Source: Mobula hypostoma (taxonomy: Eukaryota). From it: a stretch of 64,000 bases of DNA. The stretch lies in assembly GCF_963921235.1 (NCBI RefSeq), contig NC_086112.1, positions 14,384,001-14,448,000 of the forward strand, written 5' to 3'. A program made the position numbers and the translations under genes. The notes under the pieces are model-generated. The model did no database searches. It was not told the origin of the DNA and saw only the letters and a list, made by a program, of their open reading frames with translations. How positions within the stretch are numbered: the stretch's first letter is position 1; each line of letters begins with the position of its first letter. Below are positions 1 through 11,654 of this stretch, in pieces.

Positions 1-448
1 CTACAGTATTTAGTTATAGAATCCTGGAGCATTGCAGCACAGGAACAGGCATTTTGGCCTATCTAGTCCATGCCAAACTATTCTAGTCCCATTGACCTGC
101 ACCTGGACCATAGCTCCCTATACCCCTCCCATCCATATACTTATTCAAACTTCTCTTCAATGTTGAAATCAAACCTGCATCCCACTTCAGCTTGCAGCAC
201 ACTCCTACCACCCTGAGTGAAGCATGTTCCCCTTAACCATTTCACCCTTCGCCCCTAACCCATGATCTCCAGTGTTAGTCTCACCCCACCTCTAGGACTA
301 CGACGGGAAAGAGTTAACCGACTCTTTTGTGTCCTAGTCCTGAAAACTGTCAGATTCTCCTCTTCGGTTCTTATCCAAAATCCCTGTTAGAAATTACTAA
401 TGAATCTTTTTCTATCCTTTTCATAACACCAAATGATTTCTTTTTGCA

Positions 449-2210
449 TAGCAAGCAAGCAAGTTTATTTGCATAGCACTTTTCAAACACAAAGCAATTC
501 AAAGTGCTTTACATAGAACAAGATATAAAAATCAAAAATCAAATTGCAGACAATATATATGAGAATAAAATCACACAAAAAAATAGATATGATAAATAGA
601 AGTCCCAGTGCAGGAGATTCTAATTAAACACTACAGCAAAAAGAAAAGTCTTAAGCCTCGATTTAAAAGAGCTTTAAAATGGGGCAGACTTCAGATCCTC
701 TGGAAGGTTACTCCAGCTATGTGGAGCATAGTAACTAAAAGCTGCTTCATCGTGTTTAGTTTTGACCCTGGGGACAGTAAGCAGACCTGCCCCAGGCCAC
801 CTAAGAGCTCAGAAAGGTTCATAAAGCAGCATGTATTTTGGCCCTAGACCATTCCATGCTGAATAATCCAGTAGTAATACTTTAAAGTCAATCCTCTGAT
901 GGACAGGAAGCCAGTGTGGTGATCTGAGAACTGGGGTGATGTGTTCTACTTTCTTGGTTTTAGTGAGGACTCCAGCAGCAGTGTACTGAATGAGCTGCAG
1001 CTGTCTGAGGGATTTTTACAGAGACCTGTGGAAACGCCATTACAGTAGTCAAGCCGACTAACAATAAATGTGTGGACGAGTTTTTCTAGATCTTGCAGAG
1101 ACATGAGCCCTTTAACTCTCGCTGTATTTTTAAGATGGTAGCAGGCTGACTTTGCAATTGTTTTAATGTGGCTGTTAAAATTTAAGTCGGAGTCCATCAC
1201 AACACCACGGTTTCTGGTTTGGTTTGTGGACTGTAATGACAGGCATTCTAAGTGAGCACTGACTTTTAATTGCTCCGTTTGGCACCAAAAACAACTACGT
1301 CAGTTTTCTCTTTGTTTAACTGGAGAAAATTTTAGCTCATCCAATCAGTAATGTATTCGATACAGTTATTGTATGGGACCACAGTCACTTGATGAAACTG
1401 TTAGATAAATCTGAGTGTCATCCACATAACTAAGGTAAGATATATTGTTGCTTACCATGATTTGAGCTAGAGGAAGTGTATATATGTTAAACTGAAGAGG
1501 CCCCTAGTGTGGACCCTCGAGGCATATCATTCCTGTTCGTTCACACACACAGCTACCAATCGAGACAAAATACGATTTAAACCACTTTAGGACTGTCCCA
1601 GAAAGTCCCACCCAGCTTTCCAGTCTGGCCAGTAATATGCCATGGTCAACTGTGTCAACAGCAGCACCAAGATCCAGTAAAACCAAAACTGAAATGTTAT
1701 CATCATCATGGTTTAAGAGGATGTCGTTTAAATGACTGTTCTTGACCAGAACAGTCTCAGTGCTGTGGTGCTGTCGAAATCCAGACTGGAAAACATCCAT
1801 ACGGTTGCTTAGTGCCAAAAAAGCTATTACGTTGCTGATAAGCAATCTTTTCAATGATTTTACTTAAACCTGGTAAGTTTGATAAAGGCCTGTAGTTATT
1901 AATTACTGAGGCATTAGGGTTGTTCTTTTTTTAAAAGAGGCTTATTAACTGCAGCTTTCAGGGCTTTTGGGAAGCAGCCCGATAGAAGAGAAGTGTTGAC
2001 TATTTGCACAATATCAGGTGCCATGCAATTAAAAACATTCTAAAAAAGGTTGTTGGTAAAATGTTAAGGGAACAGGAGGAAGATTTCAGGTGTAGCACAA
2101 TTTCTTCTAAAGGTTTATAGTCAATAGGTTTGAATTGTGTCATCTTAACTATATTAGTTCTAAGTGAGTGAAAGGATCATACTGACTTTTGACCTAATGC
2201 AGATACATAG
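449..2210 (-). mobile_element. L2-clade LINE, degenerate 5'-truncated RT and 3' end
   Basis: QSGFRQHHSTETVLVK, VLVLLDLGAAVDTVDHGILL and LVHTFIVSRLDYCN motifs in broken ORFs; (TTGC)n tail near 450-462. Confidence 0.85.
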
Positions 2211-2886
2211 ACGGCATATTATTTTTTTCCCCAATCGTGTCACTTCCAATACTCAAGACCAACCAAATGGGACTGGAATGTACTTTGGGAATAACATCTG
2301 ATGCATTACTGAATTCTTACTCACTAAGCATACCCACGACAAATAGAAAAGCAAACAGACCACAAGAAAGATTTGTAGCCAGAAGAAGCAATGCTGTCTG
2401 GATTATTTAGAATATAACAAGTTACAATTACAATTTCAAAATCAAAGCCAGCTACCATATTGATTCATTTGAATACGTTTGACATATGAGTACTGCCATT
2501 ATAATAGTGTGCCAAAGGCTCACTGATTCGAAGATTCAAAGTACATTTATTTTCAAAGAATGCAGTTCACAACCTTGAGATTTGTCTTCCCCACAGACGG
2601 CCACAAAACAACAAAAACCATGGAACCTGTTCAAAGAAAGACATCAACTCCCCCCACTGACGCGCCAAAAAAAATTGTGCAAAGGGTGACAAAAAAAAAT
2701 GAGCAATAACACAGAATACAAAACACAACATTGAAAGAGTCCAGGTATATTCAGTTCAGCTCAATGTTCGTTATCTGCAGGCTGCCCCGATTCAAAACCG
2801 CCCAGTAGCGACATAAAGTCAAGATGGTTATCTTTACTGAAATGATTTTAACATGAGAGAACAAAAAAAAATTCACATATGCGTAC

Positions 2887-2964
2887 CTTTTCCAAAATCT
2901 TGTTTCGTTCTCCTGTTTTTTGCAGCAAGGTTTTTGTGTGAACTGTGGCTTTATCAAACATTGC
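2887..2964 (-). CDS. CCDC125: CCDC125 coding exon 4 (78 nt); gene continues beyond the window start
   Basis: ccttaaccag|AMFDKATVHTKTLLQKTGERNKILEK|gtacgc; resembles human AILGKATSHTQAVLQKTMEQNRSLEK. Confidence 0.92.
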
Positions 2965-4173
2965 CTGGTTAAGGAGAGTAAAATGTCAGCACATACACCA
3001 ACACTGCTTATTACTTTCTACTTCTTGAAAAATTAAAGCACTTAAAAACTTAATAAGAGTAAATTTCACATTATTATAATGTGGGGGAACAATTTGTTCC
3101 CAAGAGGCGAATATCACTGGAAATGTCTGCATTTGTTGTTCACGTATGTCATTGAAGACTGTAGCAAATTCCTGTTGGAGGGCATTCTGTTGGGTATGGA
3201 GGCTCCAATGCACAGGATCACGAAAAGATTGGTTGTAGACTCAGCCCACTCCATCATGGACACCAGCCTCTCCAGCACCGAGGACATCTTCAAGAAGGCA
3301 GCACCCATCATTAACCACCCTCACCATCCAGGACATGCCCTTTACTAAGTTCAAAGTAAGTTTATTATCAAAGTACATATATGTCACCATATACTACCCT
3401 GAGATTCATTTTCTTGCAGGTATTCACGGAAAGTACAAAAAAACACACACAATAGAACCAATAAAAAGCCGCAACAACAAAGACGGAAACGTGCAAAAGA
3501 CAACAAAAAGTGCAAATACAAAAAGAGGGAAAAAACACATAAAATTATAATTATAAAAAATAAGCAATAAATAACGAGAACATGAGTTGTAGAGTCCTTG
3601 AAAGTGAGTTGATAGGTTGTGGAACCTGTTCAGTTTTAGAATGAGTGAAGTTATCCACTCAGGTTCAAAAGCCTGATGGTTCTCATTGCTACCATCAGGG
3701 AGGAGGTACAGGAGCTCGAAGACCCACACTCAATGACTCAGGAACAGCTTCTTCTCCACCACCATCAGATTTCTGAACAGTCCACCTCACCATTTTGCTC
3801 ACTTTCTGCACTATTTATTCTTTCTATACTTATTGCAATTTATAGTAAATTCTATGTATTGTACTGTATTGTTGCCATAAAACAACAAATTTCTCCATAA
3901 TAAACTGGATTCTGAACGGCCCTTCACCAACGAGATAGTTAAGATTCCGTCGTAGGGCAGATTGGGTTGAGACTGCAGCTTCCTTTTCCGAAGGAGAAAA
4001 GTGAATCAGTTAAGTTTTTCCACAGCTGAGTAGCAGCTCTGGGGAAGCGATGGTTAAAGGGGGAGAAATGCTGATTTAGTTCTTTGAACATTTGCACTGA
4101 ACTGAAGCAGAGACCTCTGGATCCTAATTCAGTAACTCAACTACTATGCTATTGTCAAATCTTTCCTTTTAGG

Positions 4174-4815
4174 ACCATAAGACATAATAGCAGAATTAGG
4201 CCATTTGGCTCATTTCATCATGGCTGATCCATTTTTCTTCTCAGCCCCAATCTCCTGCCTTCTCCCTGTGTATCTTCTGACCAATCAAGAATCTATCAGC
4301 TTTTGCCTTAAATATACATAACGTCTTGGCCTCCACAGCTGCCTGTGGCAATGAATTCCACAGATTCACCACTCTCAGACTTAAGAAATCCCTCCTTATT
4401 TCCATCCTAAAAGGATGCCCCTCTATTCTGAAGCTGTGTCCTCTGGTCTCAGACTCTCCCACCATAACAAGCATCCTCTCCCCAGCCACTCTATCAAGGC
4501 CTTTCAACATTCGATGGGTTTCAATTATGTCGCCCCTCACTCTTCTGCATTCTAGTGAATAAAGGGCCAGAGCACTCTTCATATGACAAGCTGTTCAATC
4601 CTGGAATCATTTTTGTGAACCTTCTTTGAATCCTCTCCAGTTTCAGCACATCCTTTCAAAGAGAAGGGGCCCAAAACCGCTCATAATACTTCAAGTGAGG
4701 CCTCATCAGTGCTTTATAAAGTCACAATATCACATCCTTGCTCTTATATTCTAGTCCTCTTGAAATGAATGCTAACATTGCATTTGCCTTCTTCACCCAC
4801 AGACTGAACCTGCAA
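4174..4815 (-). mobile_element. CR1 LINE 3' fragment
   Basis: LYSLECRRVRGD...TRGHS...VVNLWNSLP, typical of the CR1 ORF2 C-terminus, plus 3' tail. Confidence 0.85.
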
Positions 4816-5711
4816 ATACTTCTATACATTAAAGAGCCCAACCTCAAGAAAAGTCAGTTGCAAAGTCTTTATGTATTTCCATATTTTATCTACAATATGC
4901 CAATGAACAATGTTGATGCTGCACCATTAGAAAAGTCATAAAACACTGCAATGGCGAAGAAATGGAAATCCTTTGCTTTTGAAACAACTTCCTTCACTAG
5001 GTTAGGCTTTTGTTTGTTCACTGCCTCATTGAGATAATTACCCACGCACTGGCACTCCACCGGTCTGTTTACCCACAGTAAAATCTGATAACGGAGGGGA
5101 AGAAGCTCTTCCTAAAATGTTGAGTGTGTGTCTTTAGGCTATATACTGTATATGCTCCTTAGACTTCTGCACAGTGCTGTAAATAAATAAAATAAACTGC
5201 ACTTTGATATTCCCCCACCTTCCTTAGTTTGACATGGATTTTGCATCCTTCCCCTGGCCTAATGCTTCTCTTTTTCACTGGAATGTAGATTTACAAGCTT
5301 TGTCCACAATATTACCTTTTTAAATCTATTAACCTAGTCCAGCTCAGCCAACTGTTTTAATTGCTGGGATCGTCAAAGTTTAGAATGTTAAGTTTCATTC
5401 CCAAATTTCTCAACCTCGAATTCTAAATGCTAGATATTCTGTAGATGCTTAATCCAGCCCAAGACACACAGGATGCTGTGGGAGCTCAGGAGGTCTGGCA
5501 GTGTCGATGGAAGGGAATAAACAGTTAATTTTCAGTCAATCTTTTCCTCAGTGCAGCCAATTTTTCCTGATCTACTAGTTGTGCACTGAGAGTGTGCAGT
5601 CACTTTGGGCTCTCCTTTACACTGTGCGAGCACCAACAACTCAGCGGAAGTTCATCAACAGTATTTGAAACAGGATTTAACGGGAAATAATAACATCACT
5701 GTGGGGCTCAC

Positions 5712-5798
5712 CATGCTCTGAAGGATTTTTAAGGCTTTATACTTCCCTTCAAGTTGCTGTTGTGTTACTTCAAGTTCAGATCGTAGAAATTCTGCTTC
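5712..5798 (-). CDS. CCDC125: CCDC125 coding exon 3 (87 nt)
   Basis: tttctcccccag|EAEFLRSELEVTQQQLEGKYKALKILQSM|gtgagc; resembles human EVEMLKTELEASQRQLRGKEEALKILQSM. Not in the ORF track. Confidence 0.93.
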
Positions 5799-6380
5799 CT
5801 GGGGGAGAAAAAAGGTTTCAATTCATAAGACCATAAGATATAGGAGCAGAATTAGGCCATTTGGCCCATTTAGTCTGCTCCACCAATTCATTATGGCTGA
5901 TCCATTTTTCCTGTCAGCCCCTATCTCTTGCCTTCTCCCCGTATACCTTCATGTCCTGACCAATCAAGAATTTATCAACCTCTGCCTTAAATATACATAA
6001 AGGTTTGGCTTCCACAGCTGCCTGTGGCAAAGAATTCCACAGATTCACCACTCTCTGACTAAAGAAATTTGTCCTCACCTCTGTTCTAAAAGGACGCCCA
6101 TCTATTCTCTGGCCTTAGACTCTCCCACCATAGGAAACATCCTCTCCACATCCACCCTATCAAGGCCTTTCACCGTTTGATTGGTTTCAACGAGGTCACC
6201 TCTCATTCTTTTGAATTACAGTGAATATAGCCCCAGAGCCATCAAACGTTCTTCATACGACAAACCAGTCAACCCTAGAATCATTTTGGTGAACCTCCTT
6301 TGAATCCTCTCCAGTTTCAGCACATCCTTTCTGAAATAAGGGGCCCATAACTGCTCACAATACTCCGAATGAGGCCTCAC

Positions 6381-7659
6381 AGTGCGCATGCGCCAGTCGT
6401 GCCTGCGTCGGTCGTGCCTGCGCCGGTCGTGCCTGCGCCGGTCGTGCGTGCGTCGGTCGTGCCTGCGCCGGTCGTGCCTGCGTCGGTCGTGCCTGCGTCG
6501 GTCGTGCGTGCGCCGGTCGTGCGTGCGTCGGTCGTGCCTGCGCCGGTCGTGCGTGCGTCGGTCGTGCCTGCGCCGGTCGTGCCTGCGCCGGTCGTGCCTG
6601 CGCCGGTCGTGCCTGCGTCGGTCGTGCGTGCGCCGGTCGTGCCTGCGCCGGTCGTGCCTGCGTCGGTCGTGCGTGCGTCGGTCGTGCCTGCGCCGGTCGT
6701 GCGTGCGTCGGTCGTGCCGCCGGTCGTGCGTGCGGGTCGTGCCTGCGCCGGTCGTGCCTGCGCCGGTCGTGCCTGCGTCGGTCGTGCCTGCGTCGGTCGT
6801 GCGTGCGCCAGTCGTGCATGCGTCGGTCGTGCATGCGTCGGTCGTGCCTTCAGCCCGTTACAGCTGTTCCGATCTATTCTTACTTTCTTCTTCTTACTTT
6901 TTAATTTACGTTATTTTTTGTATTTTTTTTTCTCACGGTAACACGTTGAAGCTGCACCCTCTCTTACATGCTGGTAGAGAGTTTTATTTGGGTTTTTTTT
7001 AGCGCTGGAAATGGTTACATCCCGACACGCGGGACAGAAGCAAGGTCGCATTGTGTATTCCAGGGACCAGCTAATGCCGGCCGGTTTAGCGAACAGAGCG
7101 GCGGACACCCCTGCTGAAATCCGGAGGAAAACACACAGAGGATGCAGAGGGGGATCACAAAGGCGAGGAAAGAGGACCGGGTCGAGACAACAGAGACGTT
7201 TGGAGAAGAGGAGTTCAGTGGGTAATACCGTTCCGGCTGACCGGAAGTGCATTGACAGCGGTAAGCGTAAAGGAGCTGGGTCCTTACTGATCTGGTTAAC
7301 AACAGATGGTGCAATCCGGGGCATATTATGATCGAGGAACGTGTTTGCAGACTGGATATTGAACTTTTTACTGTTGGACTTCCGCCACATTCCACCGTGA
7401 TACAACACTTGGTGGCACGGGAGGTCGTTCCTGCCTGTGGCCATCGAACGTGCAGCTCCTCCTGTGGAGGGTCAGACACCCTGAGCCAATAGACTGGTCC
7501 TGGACTTATTTTCCATCTGGCATAGTTTGCATTTTGTTGTTTGATTGTTGGGGGTTTTTGTATTGCTATATTTACTCTCTTTTCTTGGTTGGTGCAGCTG
7601 TAACAAAACCAAATTTCCCTTGGGATTAATAAAGTATATCTATCTATCTCTCTATCTAT
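6381..7659 (+). mobile_element. Internally deleted Rex1/Babar-type LINE derivative with 5' minisatellite
   Basis: YSRDQL...IRRKTHRGCRGG ORF start, APE-endonuclease fragment VNNRWCNPGH...DIELF, direct jump to C-terminal RSFLPVAI, and 3' end aatttcccttgggattaataaagta(tcta)n. Confidence 0.75.
6395..6848. repeat. 15-bp CpG-rich minisatellite (GGTCGTGC[C/G]TGCG[C/T]C), about 30 copies
   Basis: Direct reading; produces 5-aa repeat ORFs in several frames. Confidence 0.97.
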
Positions 7660-8084
7660 CAGTACTTGATAAAGTCTCAACATTACATCCTTGCTTTTAT
7701 ATTCCAGTCCTCTTGAAATGAATGCTAACATCACATTTGCTTTCCTCACCACAGACTCAACCTGCAGATTAACCTTTTGGAAATCCTCACCACAAGAGTG
7801 AAACAAATGATCAAACTCACAGTTGAGTAATGGAGCCGTCATAATGCTTTACCAATATTTCTCAGAATGAAGAGTGTATACTCAGCCATAAAAGCGATAC
7901 TTTTATGCACCATTAAGTGCTAATTCCGCCATGGATGGTTCCAAGCCTGGCTGCAAGAGGAGCAGGCTTGGGCACAGGGCTAGCAACCACATCCCATAAA
8001 AACCCAGAGCTACAGAATCACCAACAGAAGCTCCGAAGACCTCATCCCTGGGACAGGAAGGGTCTTCGAAGATAGGCTATTGCC

Positions 8085-8650
8085 AATGGTAGAACATAGA
8101 TCTTTGTCTTCTTCAGCCTGTCGAATGATAGCATTTGTCACTTTAATGGCGAGAAGATCTATTTTGTTGAACTGGAAGGAAACTAATCCTCCAACTACAT
8201 TCCAATGGTTTTCTCAAACTATATTGTTTAAATTTAGAAAAAATTAGAAGTGATATTTTTGACCCTTCGGTTAAATTTGAAGAAAATTGGAAACCTTTTA
8301 TGCAACATTTTCATATGATGTAATCTGACCTTTCCGAATCTTTTTTCTAAACTTAATTTATATGATGAGAGGAGCGGAGTTAACGACATTACTGAACGTG
8401 TCTGATACAAGCTATTGGTCTAGCCCTGTTTTGCCTTTTTTTGGGGTTTTTTTTTGTTTATATATTTTTTTCTTTTTATTTTTTTTAAAGATTAATTTCA
8501 TTGTGAGTTTGGAAGTCTTTTATATATCTATGTTACTTAAAATTCATTTCATATATGCTGATTAATATTTTTCCAATCTCTTTGTACCAACTTTGTTATT
8601 AAGTTTATAATTTTGAAAACTAATAAAAAGATTTAAAAAGAAAGAAAGAA
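8085..8650 (+). mobile_element. L1-clade LINE 3' fragment inserted in an RTE-like fragment (about 7915-8755)
   Basis: AFVTLMARRSILLNWKETNPPT...LEKIR...WKPF, an L1 ORF2 C-terminal pattern; tail aataaaaagatttaaaaa(gaaa)n; imperfect flanking repeat gaagat(a)ggc. Confidence 0.65.
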
Positions 8651-9851
8651 GATGGCCTCATCCGGGGAGAATCTGAAAGACTAGCCCAGAACAGGGGAAT
8701 CTGGCGATCTGCTGTCAACGCCTTATGCCACAGTAAGGGCGATGGGCTAAAAGAACAACTATTAGATGTTACAATGAAATATCTAATGGTGTTTGTGTGC
8801 AAACACTTTAAATATCAATATTACTGCTTAATGGTCTTAAAGATCTTCTCATTAAAATCACTGGAAAAACTTTAAACTATTTAAAGTTTATGAATTGGTA
8901 TGATTTTCTCTGAATGTTTTGAACACAAAAAAGTATGATAGAAATCCAGAATAATTATTTACACTCGACCATTTAATTAAAAAGTACTTCTGTGGCCTCA
9001 GGGTAGATAACTTTAGATTCGACTCTGATAGAAACCAAACTCAATACTTCATGACTGCTTTACATGGACAATCGAGTTCTCCTCTGTACCTGGGTAAAAA
9101 TTGGTCTTTAGCCTGAAAAGGCTGAAAAACAAGATGGGGAAATTTAATATTTTTGTTACTGGCTTAAAATGTGATTTTTGTATTAATTAATTTCACTTGC
9201 AGTTTCCATCTTCAGTGCATTTCACAGGTTTAACTATGTATTTTGGAACAGCTCAGCACATCACAGAAACCAGCCTCTCCTCCATGGACTCTGCCTACAC
9301 TTCTCGCTGCCTCAGTAAAGCAGCCAGCGTAATCAAAGACCCCATGCATCCAGACATTCTCTCTTCACCCCTCTCCCATCGGGCAGAAGAAACAAAAACC
9401 TTAAAGCACATACTTCCAGGCTTAAGGACAGCTTCTATCCCACTGATATCAGACTCTTAAACCGAAAGAACTGTTGCAGGGAGCTTAAATGTCAAAAGAG
9501 ATAATGGTGTGAAGTGAAAGGGTTTGGGAATGGGATAAGTAAAAAAAGAAAAAAAACCTGAACCACGTTTATTATCACTGACCTGTAGAACATAGAACAT
9601 TACAGCACAGTACAGGCGCTTCAGCCCACGATGTTGTGCCGACTGTATAATCTACTCTAACATCATTCTAATCCTTCCTTCTCCCATAGCCTTGCAATTT
9701 TATACAGACAGAGATGGAGGAGCTTCATTGCAGCGTAATGGACAGTAAGTAAATACCTGCAACAATGTCCCAGTGAACTTTGGTCAAAATGAAGTAATTG
9801 CAAATACAAGTTACCACCGAAAGAAATTTCCACTCGCAAATGAGACCTCAC

Positions 9852-9910
9852 CTGCATAACTTCCTGCAGCCTCAGTTTTAGTTCTTCATTCGTCATTTCA
9901 ACATCTACAC
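9852..9910 (-). CDS. CCDC125: CCDC125 coding exon 2 (59 nt)
   Basis: gttgtag|GT GTA GAT...ATG CAG|gtgagg; (G)VDVEMTNEELKLRLQEVMQ resembles human ELSNEELRQCLNETLE; phase 1 to 0 fits both neighbouring exons. Confidence 0.9.
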
Positions 9911-10085
9911 CTACAACGGCAGGACATGATTTAGAAAACAATCAAGGTGTTGTACATTGTTAAACTAATAACAAAAAAAATCAACTTTATCTAAGTAAAC
10001 ACTTCAGATCCTGTTTACCATTTCCCTCTAAGGCAAACAATTTGGTCACTTATTAACCTTTTGGTAAAGGAACCTCACTATCACA

Positions 10086-10190
10086 GGCAACACACATCAA
10101 AGTTGCTGGTGAACGCAGCAGGCCAGGCAGCACATCTAGGAAGAGGTACAGTCAACGTTTCAGGCCGAGACCCTTCGTCAGGACTACTAT
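10086..10190 (-). mobile_element. 105-bp Penelope-like terminal fragment carrying a hammerhead motif; 12-bp TSD
   Basis: TSD CTCACTATCACA at 10074-10085 and 10191-10202. Confidence 0.8.
10150..10185 (-). ncRNA. Minimal type I hammerhead ribozyme motif (PLE-type)
   Basis: Minus strand: AGUC-CUGACGA-AGGGUCUCGGCCU-GAAA-C-GUU-GACU. Stem I AGUC/GACU, intact core boxes, palindromic ACGU stem III. Confidence 0.7.
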
Positions 10191-10815
10191 CTCACTATCA
10201 CAAGTTACCTGGGTCACTTCCCGTGCTAAGCATTTAGAACATTTCTAAAGTTATTTAGCTGTGAAACTCTTTGGGTCACCCTGGAAATTACAAAAGGTTA
10301 TATACAAGTATAAGTTTGTTCACGGTTAATTTTAAAGTGATTTTCAAATTACAAACAAGCTTAAAAACACAAAAGATTTGCAGAACTAAATTTTATACAA
10401 TTGTCAATTAATGATCTTTTAAAAAACGATTAGAAAATGGTTATTTGCCAATACACAAATTCATACTCTAATTGGGACGAAGAAAGGCCAGCACATTTTC
10501 CCTCAAGCAGACAAATTGAGTAAAGGAGTCACATAATAAGAAATCAAATTATGAGCAGAGAAGTCAGAAAAACTTTTCTTTTTAAAAATAGCATTGCACA
10601 TTGACTCAAGAGATTCTGCAGATGCTGGATATGGAGAGAAGAACACATAGAAAGCTGGAGGAACTCAGCGGGTCGGGCAGCATCTATGGAGAAAACAAAC
10701 AGTCGATGTTTTGGGCTGAGAACCTTCATCGGAACTAGAAAGGAAGGGGGTGCAAACCAGAATAAGGAGCAAAACCCACAAATCCTGGAAGAATTCAGCA
10801 GATCAGGCAGGATCT

Positions 10816-11052
10816 TTTTTTTTCTTTTCATTTTAAATTTGAAGTTTTTTTCCCTCTCTTTATGAATTGATAAGAGGAGAATTAGTTGTCCTTTTTTATT
10901 ATATATTGCGTATTTGCTTATTACTATGATTATGATAATATCTACTGTATTTCATCTTTTGTTTATATTGTTGCTGATATATATATTTGAGATAATTCTC
11001 CCCTTGTCTGTATATATGTTTTCTCTAAATCAATAAAAAGATTAATAAAGAA
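10816..11052 (+). mobile_element. L1-like 3' UTR fragment nested in a Penelope-like fragment; 16-bp TSD
   Basis: TSD AGATCAGGCAGGATCT at 10800-10815 and 11053-11068; tail caataaaaagattaataaagaaag resembles the tail near 8620-8650. Confidence 0.7.
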
Positions 11053-11125
11053 AGATCAGGCAGGATCTATGGAGATGCACATTTATCATGAAAAATGTTG
11101 GGAAAAGCATTAATGTGTACAAATT

Positions 11126-11654
11126 ACATTCAGTGGCCACTGAGTATATGTTTGTGGTCTTTTGCTGCTATAGGCCAATCCACTTCAAGGTTTTACACGT
11201 TGTGCATTTAGAGAGGCTGTTCCACACACCACTGTTATAACACACAGTTATTTGAGTACTGCCACCTTCCTGTCAGATTGAACCAGTCCGGCTACTCCCT
11301 ACTGACCTATTTCATTTACAAGGGTTCCCACTGAACTGCTGCTCACTGGATACTTTTCTGTTTTTCACACCATTCTCTGTGAATTCTCGAGATTGTGGTG
11401 CATGAAAATCCCAGGGGATCAGCAGTTTCTGAGATACTCAAACCACCCCATCTGGCACCAACGATTATTCCATGGTCAAAGTCAATTAGATCACATTTCT
11501 TCCCCATTCTGATGTTTGGTCTGAACAACAACTGAACCTCTTGACAATGTCTGCATGCTTTTATTCATTGAGTTGCTGCTACATGCATGGCCGATTAGAT
11601 ATTTGAATTAACAAGCAGGTGTACAGGTGTTCCTAATAAAGTGACCACTGAGTG
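11126..11654 (-). mobile_element. Non-autonomous Tc1-derived element
   Basis: Termini cagtggccac... and ...cctaataaagtgaccactgagtgta; remnant MGKKCDLIDFDHGIIVGARWGGLSISETA (Tc1 HTH). Confidence 0.8.

Larger units (their letters stand above)
5826..7790 (-). mobile_element. CR1 3' fragment (5826-6380 and 7659-7790) split by a nested insertion
   Basis: Collinear with the 4174-4815 copy; ...gaggcctcac is interrupted at about 6380 and resumes as cagtacttgataaagtc at about 7660. Confidence 0.85.

Noticed and set aside
6355-7002. Protamine- or keratin-associated-like repeat ORFs (RRSCL)n and (VVPAP)n
   Set aside because: Translation artefacts of the 15-bp minisatellite, open in several frames.
6911-7842. 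Minus-strand ORFs of 177 and 275 aa
   Set aside because: Chimeric reading across a CR1 fragment and the antisense strand of the Rex1 derivative.
10700-10736. Functional hammerhead at this copy (also about 44891-44925)
   Set aside because: Both catalytic boxes are mutated (CCGAUGA or AUGAUGA; AAAA for GAAA), so these are counted only as decayed family members.
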